A DNA stretch of 64,000 nt from a virus (IMGVR_UViG_3300025120_010521); one strand, 5' to 3'. Positions 37,589 through 47,969 are shown, numbered from the stretch's first letter. Program-made: numbers and translations. The notes: a model not told the origin generated them from the sequence alone.

Positions 37589-39934
37589 TTAAATTGCACA
37601 CGAATCACATGCCTCATTGTCTTGTGATTGTTGCTGTTCTGCAACTCCTAATGCTTCGTCTAAAGTTGCAATATTTTCGTTATCAGTGATATTTGGTTCT
37701 TCTTCCATACCTTTGAAATCATAAGTGTTTTGATAGTATGATGTTTTCCAACCAAGTTTATATGTTGTTAAAAAATCTTTTGTTAATACACTCATAGGAA
37801 CTTCATTGTTGTCAAATTTTGTTGGATTGTAACTCCAGTTTCCACTGATTGCTTGATCAAAATATTTCTGCATTGCCGCTACAATATTAATGTATCCTTC
37901 GTTGTTAGGCATTTCCCATAATAATGTGTAATACTTTTTGTAGGTTTCGTACTGTGGTACTATTTGTTTTAATGGACCTTTTTTAGATTTTTTAACTGAC
38001 AAATAACCTCTTGGTGGTTCAATACCATTTGTTGCATTACCTACCACACTTGATGATTCCGAAGGCATTTGTGCTGAAAGTGTTGAGTGTCTTAATCCAT
38101 GTTCAACAATATCTTTTCTTAATGCTTCCCAATCCATATTTAATTTTGAAGATACAATTGTATCAACATCTTTTTTATATGTATCAATTGGTAGTATTCC
38201 TTTTGAATATTTTGTTTTTTTAAAATATGCACATGGACCTTTTTCTTTTGCAATAGTATTTGATGCTTTTAGCAAGTAATACTGAAATGCTTCTGACAGT
38301 TCATTTACCATCTGCCATGCTTGTTTGTCGCTGTACATAACTTTGTTTTTAGCCAAATAGTGTGCTAACCCAATATATCCAATACCAAGTGATCGTCTTG
38401 CTTTTGTACTAATTTCTGCCGCTTTTACAGGGTACTGCTGATGATCAATAATTTGTTCTAACCCACGTACACCTAAGTCGCAAAGTGTTTCTAACTCTTT
38501 TAAATCTTTAATTACACCAACATTAATAGCACTTAAAATACAAAGTGCAATTTCACCTTTGCCATCAATGTGTTGTAGAGGATCAGTTGGTAATGTAATT
38601 TCTTGACATAGATTTGACATACGTACTGTATCAAGAAATGAACTGTGATCATTTGTATGATCTATATTCATAATATATATTCTACCTGTTTCTGCACGTT
38701 CTTTTAATACATCGCCAATAAGTGTTCTTGCTGGTATAGTTTTCTTAGGAACTGATGTATCTTTTTCATATTTTTTATACAATGCATCAAATTTAGATGT
38801 ACCAAATGCTTCATACAATCCTGGCACTTCATGTGGTGAGAACAAAGTAATGTCTCCGCCTTTAATAAATCTTTCATAGAATATTTTTGATAGTTGAATT
38901 GAATAATCTAATTTACGCACTCTATTATCTTCTGTACCTTTATTATTTTTTAATACAAGAATGTCTTCAATTTCTTGATGCCATATTGGGAAGTGTACAG
39001 TTGCACTACCACCACGTACTCCATTTTGTGTACAACATCTAACAGTTGACTCAAACTTTTTAAGAAATGGGACAACGCCAGTGTGTGCTACTTCGCCTCC
39101 CCTAATACGTGAATTAATTCCACGTATTCTACCTGCATTAATTCCAATGCCGGCTCTTTGTGCAATATACTTGCCAATTGCCATGTCTGATGAAAAAATA
39201 GAATCTAATGTATCGTCAACATCAACTAGTACACATGATGCATATTGTTTTAATGGTGTGCGTACTCCTGCCATAACTGGCGTAGGAATATTAATTTTAA
39301 ATTTTGAAACTGCATCGTAATATCTTTTAATATAAGACATTCTTTTTTCTTTTGGATAGTCATGAAACAATGTTGCCGCAATTAACATATACATATACTG
39401 CGGTGTTTCAAAAACTTTACCAGAGCTTCTATCTTGTACAAGATATTTGTCGCTAACTTGTCTTAAACCTGCGTATGTAAAATCATAATCTCTATCATGT
39501 TTAATGTATGAATCTAATGTTTTGAATTCATCATCACTAAACCATTTCATAATGTTTGGGTCGTATAAACCTTTTTCAACGTTTCTACCAACCAAAAATT
39601 GTAATGGTACTTGATATGCATGATCAATGTGTTTACCAAATACTTCTTTTCTAATTGTAAATAGTAAAAGTCTTGAAGCTACATATTGATAATTTGGTGC
39701 TTCTAATGTAATTAAATCATTTGCTGATCTAATTAAAATTTCTTGAATTTGTTGTGTTGTCATTTGATTTGAAAACTGTAAACCAGAATTCATTTCAACT
39801 AATGACGGAGAAACTCCTGATAGACCCTCACAAGCCGCCTCTGTCATTTTGTGAACCTTGTTGACGTCTAAAGGTTCTTGTTGTCCATCTCTTTTTATGA
39901 TAAAAATTTCTTCTTGACTCTTTGTTGCGTTCAT
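37589..39934 (-). CDS. nrdA: ribonucleotide reductase class Ia alpha subunit
   Basis: ATP cone (IIKRDG), TPVMAGVRT, ASCVL, SNLCQEI, MPSESSS, C-terminal CDSC; no intein-sized insertion. Confidence 0.97.
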   Translation of the reverse strand: MNATKSQEEIFIIKRDGQQEPLDVNKVHKMTEAACEGLSGVSPSLVEMNSGLQFSNQMTTQQIQEILIRSANDLITLEAPNYQYVASRLLLFTIRKEVFGKHIDHAYQVPLQFLVGRNVEKGLYDPNIMKWFSDDEFKTLDSYIKHDRDYDFTYAGLRQVSDKYLVQDRSSGKVFETPQYMYMLIAATLFHDYPKEKRMSYIKRYYDAVSKFKINIPTPVMAGVRTPLKQYASCVLVDVDDTLDSIFSSDMAIGKYIAQRAGIGINAGRIRGINSRIRGGEVAHTGVVPFLKKFESTVRCCTQNGVRGGSATVHFPIWHQEIEDILVLKNNKGTEDNRVRKLDYSIQLSKIFYERFIKGGDITLFSPHEVPGLYEAFGTSKFDALYKKYEKDTSVPKKTIPARTLIGDVLKERAETGRIYIMNIDHTNDHSSFLDTVRMSNLCQEITLPTDPLQHIDGKGEIALCILSAINVGVIKDLKELETLCDLGVRGLEQIIDHQQYPVKAAEISTKARRSLGIGYIGLAHYLAKNKVMYSDKQAWQMVNELSEAFQYYLLKASNTIAKEKGPCAYFKKTKYSKGILPIDTYKKDVDTIVSSKLNMDWEALRKDIVEHGLRHSTLSAQMPSESSSVVGNATNGIEPPRGYLSVKKSKKGPLKQIVPQYETYKKYYTLLWEMPNNEGYINIVAAMQKYFDQAISGNWSYNPTKFDNNEVPMSVLTKDFLTTYKLGWKTSYYQNTYDFKGMEEEPNITDNENIATLDEALGVAEQQQSQDNEACDSCAI

Positions 39935-40050
39935 ACTCTCATATACCTTAATTCTTTTTATTCAGCACAATATTAATTATACTATCACAGCCACAATAAA
40001 AGCAATAGTTAAATTCAAATTAACAGAAAAAATCTGTTAACAACCTAAGG

Positions 40051-41340
40051 TTAGGCTGGCTGTAACCAACGTTCTATTTTATAAGATAGTTTGGCAATAG
40101 AAGCATTTGCATTTGCATATTTAAATTGCAATTTAGAACTGCTTATAGCCGCTGAGAATGTAACATCTGCTGTTGCATTTGTTTCAACATGCATATCGTT
40201 AATAGCTGTGTTTGTACCATCTGTGGTAATATATATAGTACCTGTTCTATAATTTGATCCTAAGGATAAACTATAATCTATTTTATAAACATTTGCTTCT
40301 GTTAACAAATATTCTAACACTGTACCGTTACCACTTGCGGTTAGTGTTGCTGTTTGCATTGATCCAATATATTGATTTGTTTGATACTGTGGATAACTTG
40401 CCTCAGTAAAAATTTCAACATTATTTGCCACCCTTGCAACTGCTGAACCTCTTTTTTTGTTAATATACTTTGTAACATTAAATGCTTGTCTTGGTGTATC
40501 CAAATCAATTTTTAAACTTGAATTAATTTCAATTGCTCTAACTGGTGTATGTATAGCAGAATTTTCACCTAAGAAAGTTCCATATGTTGTACTACCATTT
40601 ACAGATGTTGGAACATTAATTTTTCCATCTGTGCCATCAAAACAATCTGATGACCCTGTTGTTAATGCTGTATATTCTGAACCACTTGTATATTCAACAA
40701 AACCTGTTCCTGTTGTTGTATCAACATAAACTTGATTATTGTTTAAATCATTTTCTTGCCAATAGTTATAAGATGCAACTGCATTGTTACTTGCTTCCCA
40801 ATTAGCTCTTGCTCTTACGGCTTCCGTAATTCTTGCTTTTGTCCATTTACATACAAGTATCTTTGATCCAGTTTCTGGAATGTTTGGTGATTGAAATCTT
40901 AATATTCCATTACCGCCACTAAATGCTAATTCGTATTGTGTAGTTTCTAAAGTAGTTGGAATACCATTTACAAATTTAGTTACTACTATGTCACTTACTG
41001 TTGGTGAACTTAATGGATGGTTTGTTGGCATACCATTATTTGATCCTAGTGCAAAATCAGTAGTTGATCCATCACCGGAAAATACATTAGTACCAGAAAC
41101 TTTAAAAAGTAATATACCATTTGAAGCAACATTTCCGCCTAAGTCCTCTGTAACAAATGCTTTAATATTAAAAATATCATTTTTAACTTGCACATCTGTA
41201 TTAAGATTATCTTGATTTCCTACACCAATGTATAGTTCTCTTGTATCAAGTGCTAGACCAATTTCACCATCAGCTAAAGGCTGAGGTAAGTCTGCTTTTA
41301 AACCACGTCTGTTTTTAATTCTAGTATATGTTGTTGCCAC
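40051..41340 (-). CDS. putative virion structural protein
   Basis: N-terminal RIKNRRG...LPQPLADGEIGLALDTRELYIG; Thr/Ser/Gly-rich beta-type composition. Confidence 0.6.
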   Translation of the reverse strand: MATTYTRIKNRRGLKADLPQPLADGEIGLALDTRELYIGVGNQDNLNTDVQVKNDIFNIKAFVTEDLGGNVASNGILLFKVSGTNVFSGDGSTTDFALGSNNGMPTNHPLSSPTVSDIVVTKFVNGIPTTLETTQYELAFSGGNGILRFQSPNIPETGSKILVCKWTKARITEAVRARANWEASNNAVASYNYWQENDLNNNQVYVDTTTGTGFVEYTSGSEYTALTTGSSDCFDGTDGKINVPTSVNGSTTYGTFLGENSAIHTPVRAIEINSSLKIDLDTPRQAFNVTKYINKKRGSAVARVANNVEIFTEASYPQYQTNQYIGSMQTATLTASGNGTVLEYLLTEANVYKIDYSLSLGSNYRTGTIYITTDGTNTAINDMHVETNATADVTFSAAISSSKLQFKYANANASIAKLSYKIERWLQPA

Positions 41341-41360
41341 TGTACTACTCCAATATACTA

Positions 41361-42068
41361 CTATTTATTCATTTTGTAGTAAGTTTCAACTCTATCAAGC
41401 CACTTATCTGTAAATGTTTTAAATTCATTGCCTTCAACAACAAATTGTTGGTACTGATTATCATGTGTAACCATAAAAATAACGCCTTTTTGTATATTTG
41501 TGCCATATACTTCGTTGTGTGCTAGTGCATAAGCAGATGCCTGCATAAAATAATCATCAATCCATTCTTTTTTCTTAAATTTACGTGATGTTTTAAAGTC
41601 TCCTATAGCTGGTTCACCTTCATGTACACATATTAAGTCTGCTGTACCACCATATAGCCCAGGAAATGTTAAATGTGTTTCAATACCCCATACTTCATCA
41701 ACATTTTTAAGCCCATTTTCAATAACAGTTTCACTTAAATTTTTTGCTTGTACATATACTTGGTTTGTACCACTAGGACGCTCTACACCTTCAATATAAC
41801 ACTCTAGATGTTTGTGCATGATTGTACCTAAGTTTGCTGATTCAGTTACAATACGTTGAGCTTCTGTGGCTCCTACTCTTTTTTTCCAAGCATTTAGAGC
41901 CGTCATATCTTTAGTTTTGGATAGTATTGATGTTACTGACGGTACTGGATCACCCTTATCATTTACATAATAACGTTGACCGTCAACATTTTTTCTTTTA
42001 AATTCCTTATAATGAAATTTTTCAATTATTAACGATTTATTTTTTGCTTCTAGGTTTTCTTCCAACAT
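41361..42068 (-). CDS. PD-(D/E)xK exonuclease (Cas4/lambda-exo-like)
   Basis: PSVTSIL, GTIMH, YGGTADL, GDFKTS, YFMQASAYA. Confidence 0.85.
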   Translation of the reverse strand: MLEENLEAKNKSLIIEKFHYKEFKRKNVDGQRYYVNDKGDPVPSVTSILSKTKDMTALNAWKKRVGATEAQRIVTESANLGTIMHKHLECYIEGVERPSGTNQVYVQAKNLSETVIENGLKNVDEVWGIETHLTFPGLYGGTADLICVHEGEPAIGDFKTSRKFKKKEWIDDYFMQASAYALAHNEVYGTNIQKGVIFMVTHDNQYQQFVVEGNEFKTFTDKWLDRVETYYKMNK

Positions 42069-42183
42069 AATTCTTTATCACATTCTTGTTTCTTTTTATA
42101 ATTTTTTTCTTTTTAGCTTTAATTCTTTTAGCGGATGATTTAGAATTAGTTTTTCCTAGCAACCAGTCTATTATTTTTATCAT
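42037..42183 (-). CDS. 48-aa highly basic peptide (absent from ORF track)
   Basis: MIKIIDWLLGKTNSKSSAKRIKAKKKKIIKRNKNVIKNYVGRKPRSKK; AAGGAG SD and a perfect promoter upstream. Confidence 0.6.
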   Translation of the reverse strand: MIKIIDWLLGKTNSKSSAKRIKAKKKKIIKRNKNVIKNYVGRKPRSKK

Positions 42184-42203
42184 AACTATACTCCTTATAA
42201 GTC

Positions 42204-42232
42204 ATTATAACAATTTAAACTGTAAATGTCAA
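42204..42232 (-). promoter_or_regulatory. perfect sigma70 promoter TTGACA-N17-TATAAT
   Basis: Exact consensus hexamers and spacing. Confidence 0.8.
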
Positions 42233-42562
42233 TTAATTATCTATAGTAGATTTGGCCGATTGTGATGCCATTTTTGATACTTTATTTGCTGTATCTTCTT
42301 TGTCACTAAACTTTGAATTAGTAGCTGGGTTGTCTAAAATAACTTTATCACCAGTAATTGATTTAATTTTTCCATTTTTAAGTAGATAATTTCGTAATGC
42401 AGTGGTGTCTACATTTGATCCTAGGCCTTTTATTTGTTTTTGAAAATCATCCAACTTTATTTCATCTACATTATTAGCTACCATCATAATTAAAACTGAA
42501 TTAATATCAGAATCTAATTGATTGATGTATTTGTCTTCGCCGATAACTTCTTGAATTTTCAT
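42233..42562 (-). CDS. hypothetical protein
   Basis: 109 aa; starts MKIQE. Confidence 0.7.
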   Translation of the reverse strand: MKIQEVIGEDKYINQLDSDINSVLIMMVANNVDEIKLDDFQKQIKGLGSNVDTTALRNYLLKNGKIKSITGDKVILDNPATNSKFSDKEDTANKVSKMASQSAKSTIDN

Positions 42563-42565
42563 TGG

Positions 42566-43474
42566 TTAAGCCTTTTTGGCTCTACCTAATGGATCTTCAT
42601 CTGGTCCACTTGCTGAATCATCGCCACCAGTTAAATCATCTGCTGGTGCTTCTAAATCATCTTCGCCGCCCATGTCAGTGTCAGTTTCCATGTCACCTAA
42701 ATCTGAATCTGCTGGTGCCATATCTGACTGTGCTGGTGCTTCGCCAGTTAAAACTAATACTTCGTTGTTAACTGCTTCTTTGGCTGTTTTAATTGATGCA
42801 AGTAGTGTTTCTAATTGTGATGCAACTGCTGTGTTGAATGATGATGCCTTGTCTGCGCCATATTGATATGACATTTGATCAACAACTGCACCTAATTCAT
42901 CATTTTGCATTTTGCCCATTTGTTCAACCATGTCTTGTAATTCATCAACAAGACTTTTTGCCGCAATAACTATTTCAGCTTTTTCAACTTCTTGCTCTAA
43001 TAGAGTTTTTAATGAGTTAAATTTTTCTTCAACTTTATCTTTTGGCTTGTTGCCTTGTTTTTTAGCAATTGCTTTTTGTAAGCCTGCTGGTAGTTTTTTC
43101 TGTTTATCAGTAAGTTCTTCTTTTACTTCTTTGCTTTTGCCCATAGCTTTTTTAATTGCTTTATCTTTAGCCGCCATGTAATCATCTGAATCAATATCAC
43201 CATCTTTATCATGATCTTTTTTGTTTGCTTCGATCATATTTTCAATAGCTTCTGCTAGTAATACATGCTTCATATATTTTGGATTTGTATTTGCTGTATT
43301 AAATGGTAAAGATGCTTCAAGCTCTTTTAATTTTGTCTTAAGATCTTTTTTAACATCATATAATTTTTTGATGTCGATCGTGTCATACACTTTGAACCCG
43401 TATAACGTGTCAAGTGTTTCGTTAATCTTTGCTAACTTTTCGTTAGCTGGTTTTTCAAACTCTGATATATTCAT
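42566..43474 (-). CDS. acidic coiled-coil protein, putative head/scaffold component
   Basis: Starts MNISE; highly acidic C-terminus ending PLGRAKKA. Confidence 0.6.
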   Translation of the reverse strand: MNISEFEKPANEKLAKINETLDTLYGFKVYDTIDIKKLYDVKKDLKTKLKELEASLPFNTANTNPKYMKHVLLAEAIENMIEANKKDHDKDGDIDSDDYMAAKDKAIKKAMGKSKEVKEELTDKQKKLPAGLQKAIAKKQGNKPKDKVEEKFNSLKTLLEQEVEKAEIVIAAKSLVDELQDMVEQMGKMQNDELGAVVDQMSYQYGADKASSFNTAVASQLETLLASIKTAKEAVNNEVLVLTGEAPAQSDMAPADSDLGDMETDTDMGGEDDLEAPADDLTGGDDSASGPDEDPLGRAKKA

Positions 43475-43516
43475 AATGTTTCTACCTTACTTAACTTATT
43501 TATACTTTTCTTTATT

Positions 43517-44245
43517 TTATTCGGTATTTTTTCTAAACAGATCTGTAATTTTGCCCTTACATTTTAGTGCTAGATCACGATTTTTTTCAAATTCAAGCTG
43601 GTTTTTAGTTTCTCTTGCAATTTCGTCTGATTTTTTAGCGTCAAAATACATTTTTTTGTGATGTGATGCTGTATTTGAGTATTGTACGTAATCATTATAC
43701 ATTTCATGAAGCTCAATCATTCTATGATCTGTGTGTAAAACTTCATCATTTAAGTAATTTACTAAACAAAAAGCCATTTCGTATAGCTTAATATCTTTAG
43801 TTATAGTTTTTTCAGTACTTAAATTAATAATATCATATAGATATCTTTTTTTGAACGGGCATATCTTAATTAAATAATTTCCTACTTTTACGCCATGCTC
43901 TGTTTTTTCAGTAGTTAGTGCTTTTTTAAAACGTGGGTTTCCTGCACTAATTTCTACTACTTCTTTTAGTACTGATTTATCAAGTTTGTTTAAATTACTA
44001 ACCAAAGACTTTGCAGTGTTTAAATTTTTTTCTTTATTATCTATTACTTCTTTTTTAGATACTTTATCAAGTTTTTTTTCTACTGCATTTAAAAATTCGC
44101 TACTGCCTTTAACTGCTTCTCCCCATTTATTCATAATACACCAAAATCTATAGTGTTCTCTTAGGTCACGGGCAGTCATACCGTCAGTTAATTCATCAAC
44201 ATGTGCGGCGACTTCGTATCTTTGTTTTCTTTTCTGTCTAAACAT
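43517..44245 (-). CDS. hypothetical protein
   Basis: 242-aa ORF. Confidence 0.7.
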   Translation of the reverse strand: MFRQKRKQRYEVAAHVDELTDGMTARDLREHYRFWCIMNKWGEAVKGSSEFLNAVEKKLDKVSKKEVIDNKEKNLNTAKSLVSNLNKLDKSVLKEVVEISAGNPRFKKALTTEKTEHGVKVGNYLIKICPFKKRYLYDIINLSTEKTITKDIKLYEMAFCLVNYLNDEVLHTDHRMIELHEMYNDYVQYSNTASHHKKMYFDAKKSDEIARETKNQLEFEKNRDLALKCKGKITDLFRKNTE

Positions 44246-44260
44246 AAGTTTATTATACTA

Positions 44261-44761
44261 TTATTTTTTGTTTTTTGCAACTATATCTGCAAACTTTATT
44301 ATTTTAGCAAATTCTGGATCATTTTGCAACTTCTTTATTGACCCTGATATTTCTTTATCAACATCTTTTTGCATTTTGTCTGCTTGAGTAGATGCTGTTC
44401 CTTGTGTGTCTTGTGTAGATTGTGTAGGCTTTGTTTTTTCTGTATCTTGTGTTTTAATAGTTGTATTTCCTTGTGTGTTACCTGCAGAAGCAGTATTTTT
44501 TGCTACTGTTTTACTTGTATATTCATCAAGTAACGTTTTTACAACATCATCTAGCTGTTCATATCCAGATTGTAGTATTTCTTTTGCACTTTCTGGATCT
44601 TCTTCGTCAACAGCTTTTGCTAAACTCATATAATCTTTAAGACCTAATGGTTCTGTTAATGATTTAATAACACTTGTAGGCATGTGTACTAATTTACTAA
44701 CTTGATTAGTAAATGCTTTTGGATCATCAATTGTGTTTAATATATCGTCTTTTAAGCTCAT
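44261..44761 (-). CDS. hypothetical protein with Thr/Gln-rich linker
   Basis: 166-aa ORF. Confidence 0.7.
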   Translation of the reverse strand: MSLKDDILNTIDDPKAFTNQVSKLVHMPTSVIKSLTEPLGLKDYMSLAKAVDEEDPESAKEILQSGYEQLDDVVKTLLDEYTSKTVAKNTASAGNTQGNTTIKTQDTEKTKPTQSTQDTQGTASTQADKMQKDVDKEISGSIKKLQNDPEFAKIIKFADIVAKNKK

Positions 44762-44769
44762 GCTAATAT

Positions 44770-45066
44770 TTACCTTCTTCTTAAAGCCTTATTCATTGCC
44801 GCTACACGTCTAGAAGCTGGATTGAATCGTTTAGTTCTTAATGTTTTTCTAATAATTCGTTGACCCATTTTTGCTCTAGTTTTTTTAAGTGTAAATCTTT
44901 TTTTAATATCTAATGGTGCTGAACATACACTTGGGTTTGATACAATACGTCCTTTTTTTCTGCCAAAAGAACAACGATATTTTTTAACCACTTTATTTCC
45001 TTTGCGGCCAAAAATCAATCTTGATTCTGGTAAATCAGTTACGTTGTCAATTTCAGCAATAAACAT
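44770..45066 (-). CDS. basic hypothetical protein
   Basis: 98 aa, Arg/Lys-rich, KKYRCSFGRKKGRIVS..SVC. Confidence 0.7.
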   Translation of the reverse strand: MFIAEIDNVTDLPESRLIFGRKGNKVVKKYRCSFGRKKGRIVSNPSVCSAPLDIKKRFTLKKTRAKMGQRIIRKTLRTKRFNPASRRVAAMNKALRRR

Positions 45067-45067
45067 T

Positions 45068-45328
45068 TTACGATGCCCTGTAAACTATTGTGAATAATGT
45101 TGTTAATAATGTAAGAAATAATGTACCCATTGACCAAATAATAATTCTTTCAATTTTAGTAAATTGTTTTTCAGTATTTTCTTCCATTCTATCCATACGT
45201 ATATCAACTTTATCAAATCTTTTTTGTATTTCTTCATGTCTTTCATGAGATACAACAACATGTGTTTCTAAACTTTGTGTCTCTAAACTTGCTAAATCTT
45301 TTGGTACTCTTTGTGGCTTGTTATCCAT
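45068..45328 (-). CDS. coiled-coil plus single C-terminal TM protein (XhlA/holin-like)
   Basis: LETH...RHEEIQKRFDK coiled coil followed by one TM helix. Confidence 0.55.
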   Translation of the reverse strand: MDNKPQRVPKDLASLETQSLETHVVVSHERHEEIQKRFDKVDIRMDRMEENTEKQFTKIERIIIWSMGTLFLTLLTTLFTIVYRAS

Positions 45329-45329
45329 T

Positions 45330-45734
45330 TTATAATGTCTCCGACTGTGTAAATTCTAAATTAATCGACCCTGTTGTTGCCAACGTACCACCGTTTAACA
45401 CAACTCCATCCATAGAAGCTTCTAATCTGCCTAATGGATTTACACCTTGTGCAAAAACATCAGGGTGTTCAACAGCAAATTTAAAAATATAGCCATTGCC
45501 TGTTAGTGTTGGTGCACCATTGGCATTTAAATCAGCAACATTTACAGGATCATTTGAAATAATTACCTGTGAAAACATTGCAATCATTTGAACTATTGCA
45601 TCAAAGTCTTTTTGTGTAGCATCTGCATAGCTACCAGTTTGTGAAATATCAACTGTTGTATACATAATATAAAACTGTAGGTTACTACTAATAAATTCGC
45701 CACCTCTTGCTGATCCATTAATTCTTACTGTCAT
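45330..45734 (-). CDS. putative virion structural protein
   Basis: 134 aa, Gly/Thr/Ala-rich; lies in the putative late-gene block. Confidence 0.55.
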   Translation of the reverse strand: MTVRINGSARGGEFISSNLQFYIMYTTVDISQTGSYADATQKDFDAIVQMIAMFSQVIISNDPVNVADLNANGAPTLTGNGYIFKFAVEHPDVFAQGVNPLGRLEASMDGVVLNGGTLATTGSINLEFTQSETL

Positions 45735-47716
45735 TATTTTTTCTTCCTTAAATCAAAGTTTTTCATTTTATCTGCGTAAGATGGACCTTTACCTCTTCCT
45801 AATTTATATCCAATATATGCTCCTGCTAACGCCGCCCCAGTTGCCATTGCTTTTGATGTTTTTACTTTTTCGCCATCAACATAATCACGTTCACGTGATA
45901 GTTTTTGTAAGTACGACATCATTGACGACTTAGGTGCGTTTGCTCTAAAGTAGTTATATAAACTTGAAACTAAAGTTCTTTTTTCTCTTGTTTTTAAATT
46001 TTCCCAATCACCTGCTAATCTTTTCATTGATCTTAATTTACTATCATTAACAAATAACATTGACTGCAATTGCATTAGCATTCTTTTTTCTGCATCTGCA
46101 TTTGCTCCAGATGATGCAATGTGATTTAAAAATGTTTTAATCTGTGTCATATTAGGACGCATTCTTTTTAATAATATTTCACTATTCTTTTCATCTGCAA
46201 ATTTTGTAATTGATCCTTTACCAAATAAGGCGTGTAACATTACGTACAAATCTGTACCATTTGATCTAAAGTAATCAAAGTTGCCATAGCTAATAGTTCT
46301 ATTTGCATAGGTACTTGCTACAGAAGAATATTTAAATTCTCTATTTAAAACTTGAAGTGCAATCATATGTGCAAAAGCATTATCAGCCATATCACGTGCT
46401 GAGTAATCAGATACTCCGTGACGAGATCTAAACATTCTTGCTTCTGTCATTAAATCATTTACAAAATCTAAATTTATTGTTTCGCTTTTCATAAAATTTT
46501 TCCTACTAAAGTCTAATCTATCTACAACTTTTACTGCACTACCAATATGATCAATTGCAACAAATCCTTCTGGATCTCTAACTTTTAGCTCTCCTTCTAC
46601 TTCTTCAAAACTATCAATTGCTTTAATGTTTGATAGTTTCTTGTATAAGACGTCTTTTATAGCACCTAATTTAAGCCACAGTGCGTAAAAACTCATCATA
46701 TTACTCTTATTAGTATTTAAGTAATTTAAGCCAATTTGTAGTGCATTTAGACGTCTTTGTCCTGCAGGGCCATCACGTCCTGTTTTTAATGATGTTATTT
46801 TTTCTTCTGCTCTACGTGTGTAGTCTTGTACAAATTGATTGTAAAACTGTTGAGGATCTTGTTGTATAGAATTCTGTTTTATATTTGTATTCATATTTGC
46901 CGCAATGTTTATTTTTAAATCATTGCCTGCATCTGAGCCATCTAAAAATTCAAAAGCATTACCAATTGTTCCTAAATATTTTTGGGCGTCAGCAATTGCT
47001 GAATCAACTGCTTCTGATTCTTGTGCCGTCATAGTTGCCATTCCTGAAAAATCTTTTATATATGCATCATCAAACCAAACATCTGCAGTTTCATTTAATT
47101 CAGATAAGTCAACTTTAAATGATGCTGACATTTTATCTAAACTTTCACCATCGTATGACGTATGGAAAACAATACCAACTTTTGCAGATTTCATTTTTTG
47201 TGCTAGTTGTGAATCGCTTGGTACTGCGTATGTAATTGTATTTGGTCTAAATGTAATGTATGATTTGCCTTCAAATGATCTTTCTTGTAAATCACCTTGT
47301 GTAAACATTAAGTCACCTTGAAGTACATTTTGTATATTTAATTTTGATAAATGTTGTAATACTGTATTAAGTTTTTGACGTAATCCGCTTTTATCGTTAT
47401 CGCCTGCATCTGCATGATTTTGTTGAATATCATTTGCTGACTTATTTAATTTTGGGGACTTTGCAAAAACACCTTTAGTGCCTACAAAAAATTTGCCGTC
47501 GCTTGGATCACGTCCGCAAACTATTGCAGGAGACCCATCCCATTTTGTAGTAACATTAAATTTTTTTGGTGAATGACCTTTTACTATTGTTGATAAGTTT
47601 TTTAAAAAACGTATGGCTTCTACAGCACCTTTTTTACCTTTGAATAAAGATAAATCTTCAAGATGTGTTAAGTGTGTGTTTACGTCTTCTGTAATATTAA
47701 GTTCTGTCAGGTTCAT
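45734..47716 (-). CDS. conserved phage protein with ligase-type nucleotidyltransferase motifs plus C-terminal extension
   Basis: THLTHLEDL, TTKWDG (KxDG motif I), QGDLMF, PEGFV, VKVVDR. Confidence 0.65.
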   Translation of the reverse strand: MNLTELNITEDVNTHLTHLEDLSLFKGKKGAVEAIRFLKNLSTIVKGHSPKKFNVTTKWDGSPAIVCGRDPSDGKFFVGTKGVFAKSPKLNKSANDIQQNHADAGDNDKSGLRQKLNTVLQHLSKLNIQNVLQGDLMFTQGDLQERSFEGKSYITFRPNTITYAVPSDSQLAQKMKSAKVGIVFHTSYDGESLDKMSASFKVDLSELNETADVWFDDAYIKDFSGMATMTAQESEAVDSAIADAQKYLGTIGNAFEFLDGSDAGNDLKINIAANMNTNIKQNSIQQDPQQFYNQFVQDYTRRAEEKITSLKTGRDGPAGQRRLNALQIGLNYLNTNKSNMMSFYALWLKLGAIKDVLYKKLSNIKAIDSFEEVEGELKVRDPEGFVAIDHIGSAVKVVDRLDFSRKNFMKSETINLDFVNDLMTEARMFRSRHGVSDYSARDMADNAFAHMIALQVLNREFKYSSVASTYANRTISYGNFDYFRSNGTDLYVMLHALFGKGSITKFADEKNSEILLKRMRPNMTQIKTFLNHIASSGANADAEKRMLMQLQSMLFVNDSKLRSMKRLAGDWENLKTREKRTLVSSLYNYFRANAPKSSMMSYLQKLSRERDYVDGEKVKTSKAMATGAALAGAYIGYKLGRGKGPSYADKMKNFDLRKKK

Positions 47717-47969
47717 CTTTGCTGTTCACTTTTCTTATGCCACGCTCAAATTTTGCAGGATCTGAACTCTTAATGCTGTTAATTAATCGTCTAGATAATT
47801 CACCAGCAGTGTTTTCATCATAAGATTCGTACAGCATGTCAATTAGATTTAGAGCAGATGATATTACGTGACTAGCACGTGACTCAATTAGTGCTTCTCT
47901 ATTGTCTTGAGGGACTGCCTGAGAAATTTCTTCTAATATGGATTTAGTGTGTCTTTTCATGATCATCAA
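47697..47969 (-). CDS. conserved hypothetical protein
   Basis: MKRHTKSILEEI...RRLINSIK..DPAKFERGIRK. Confidence 0.75.
   Translation of the reverse strand: MMIMKRHTKSILEEISQAVPQDNREALIESRASHVISSALNLIDMLYESYDENTAGELSRRLINSIKSSDPAKFERGIRKVNSKDEPDRT

Noticed and set aside
41361-42068. Calling the exonuclease Cas4
   Set aside because: It lacks the Fe-S cysteine set and any cas context; it fits a stand-alone phage PD-(D/E)xK nuclease.
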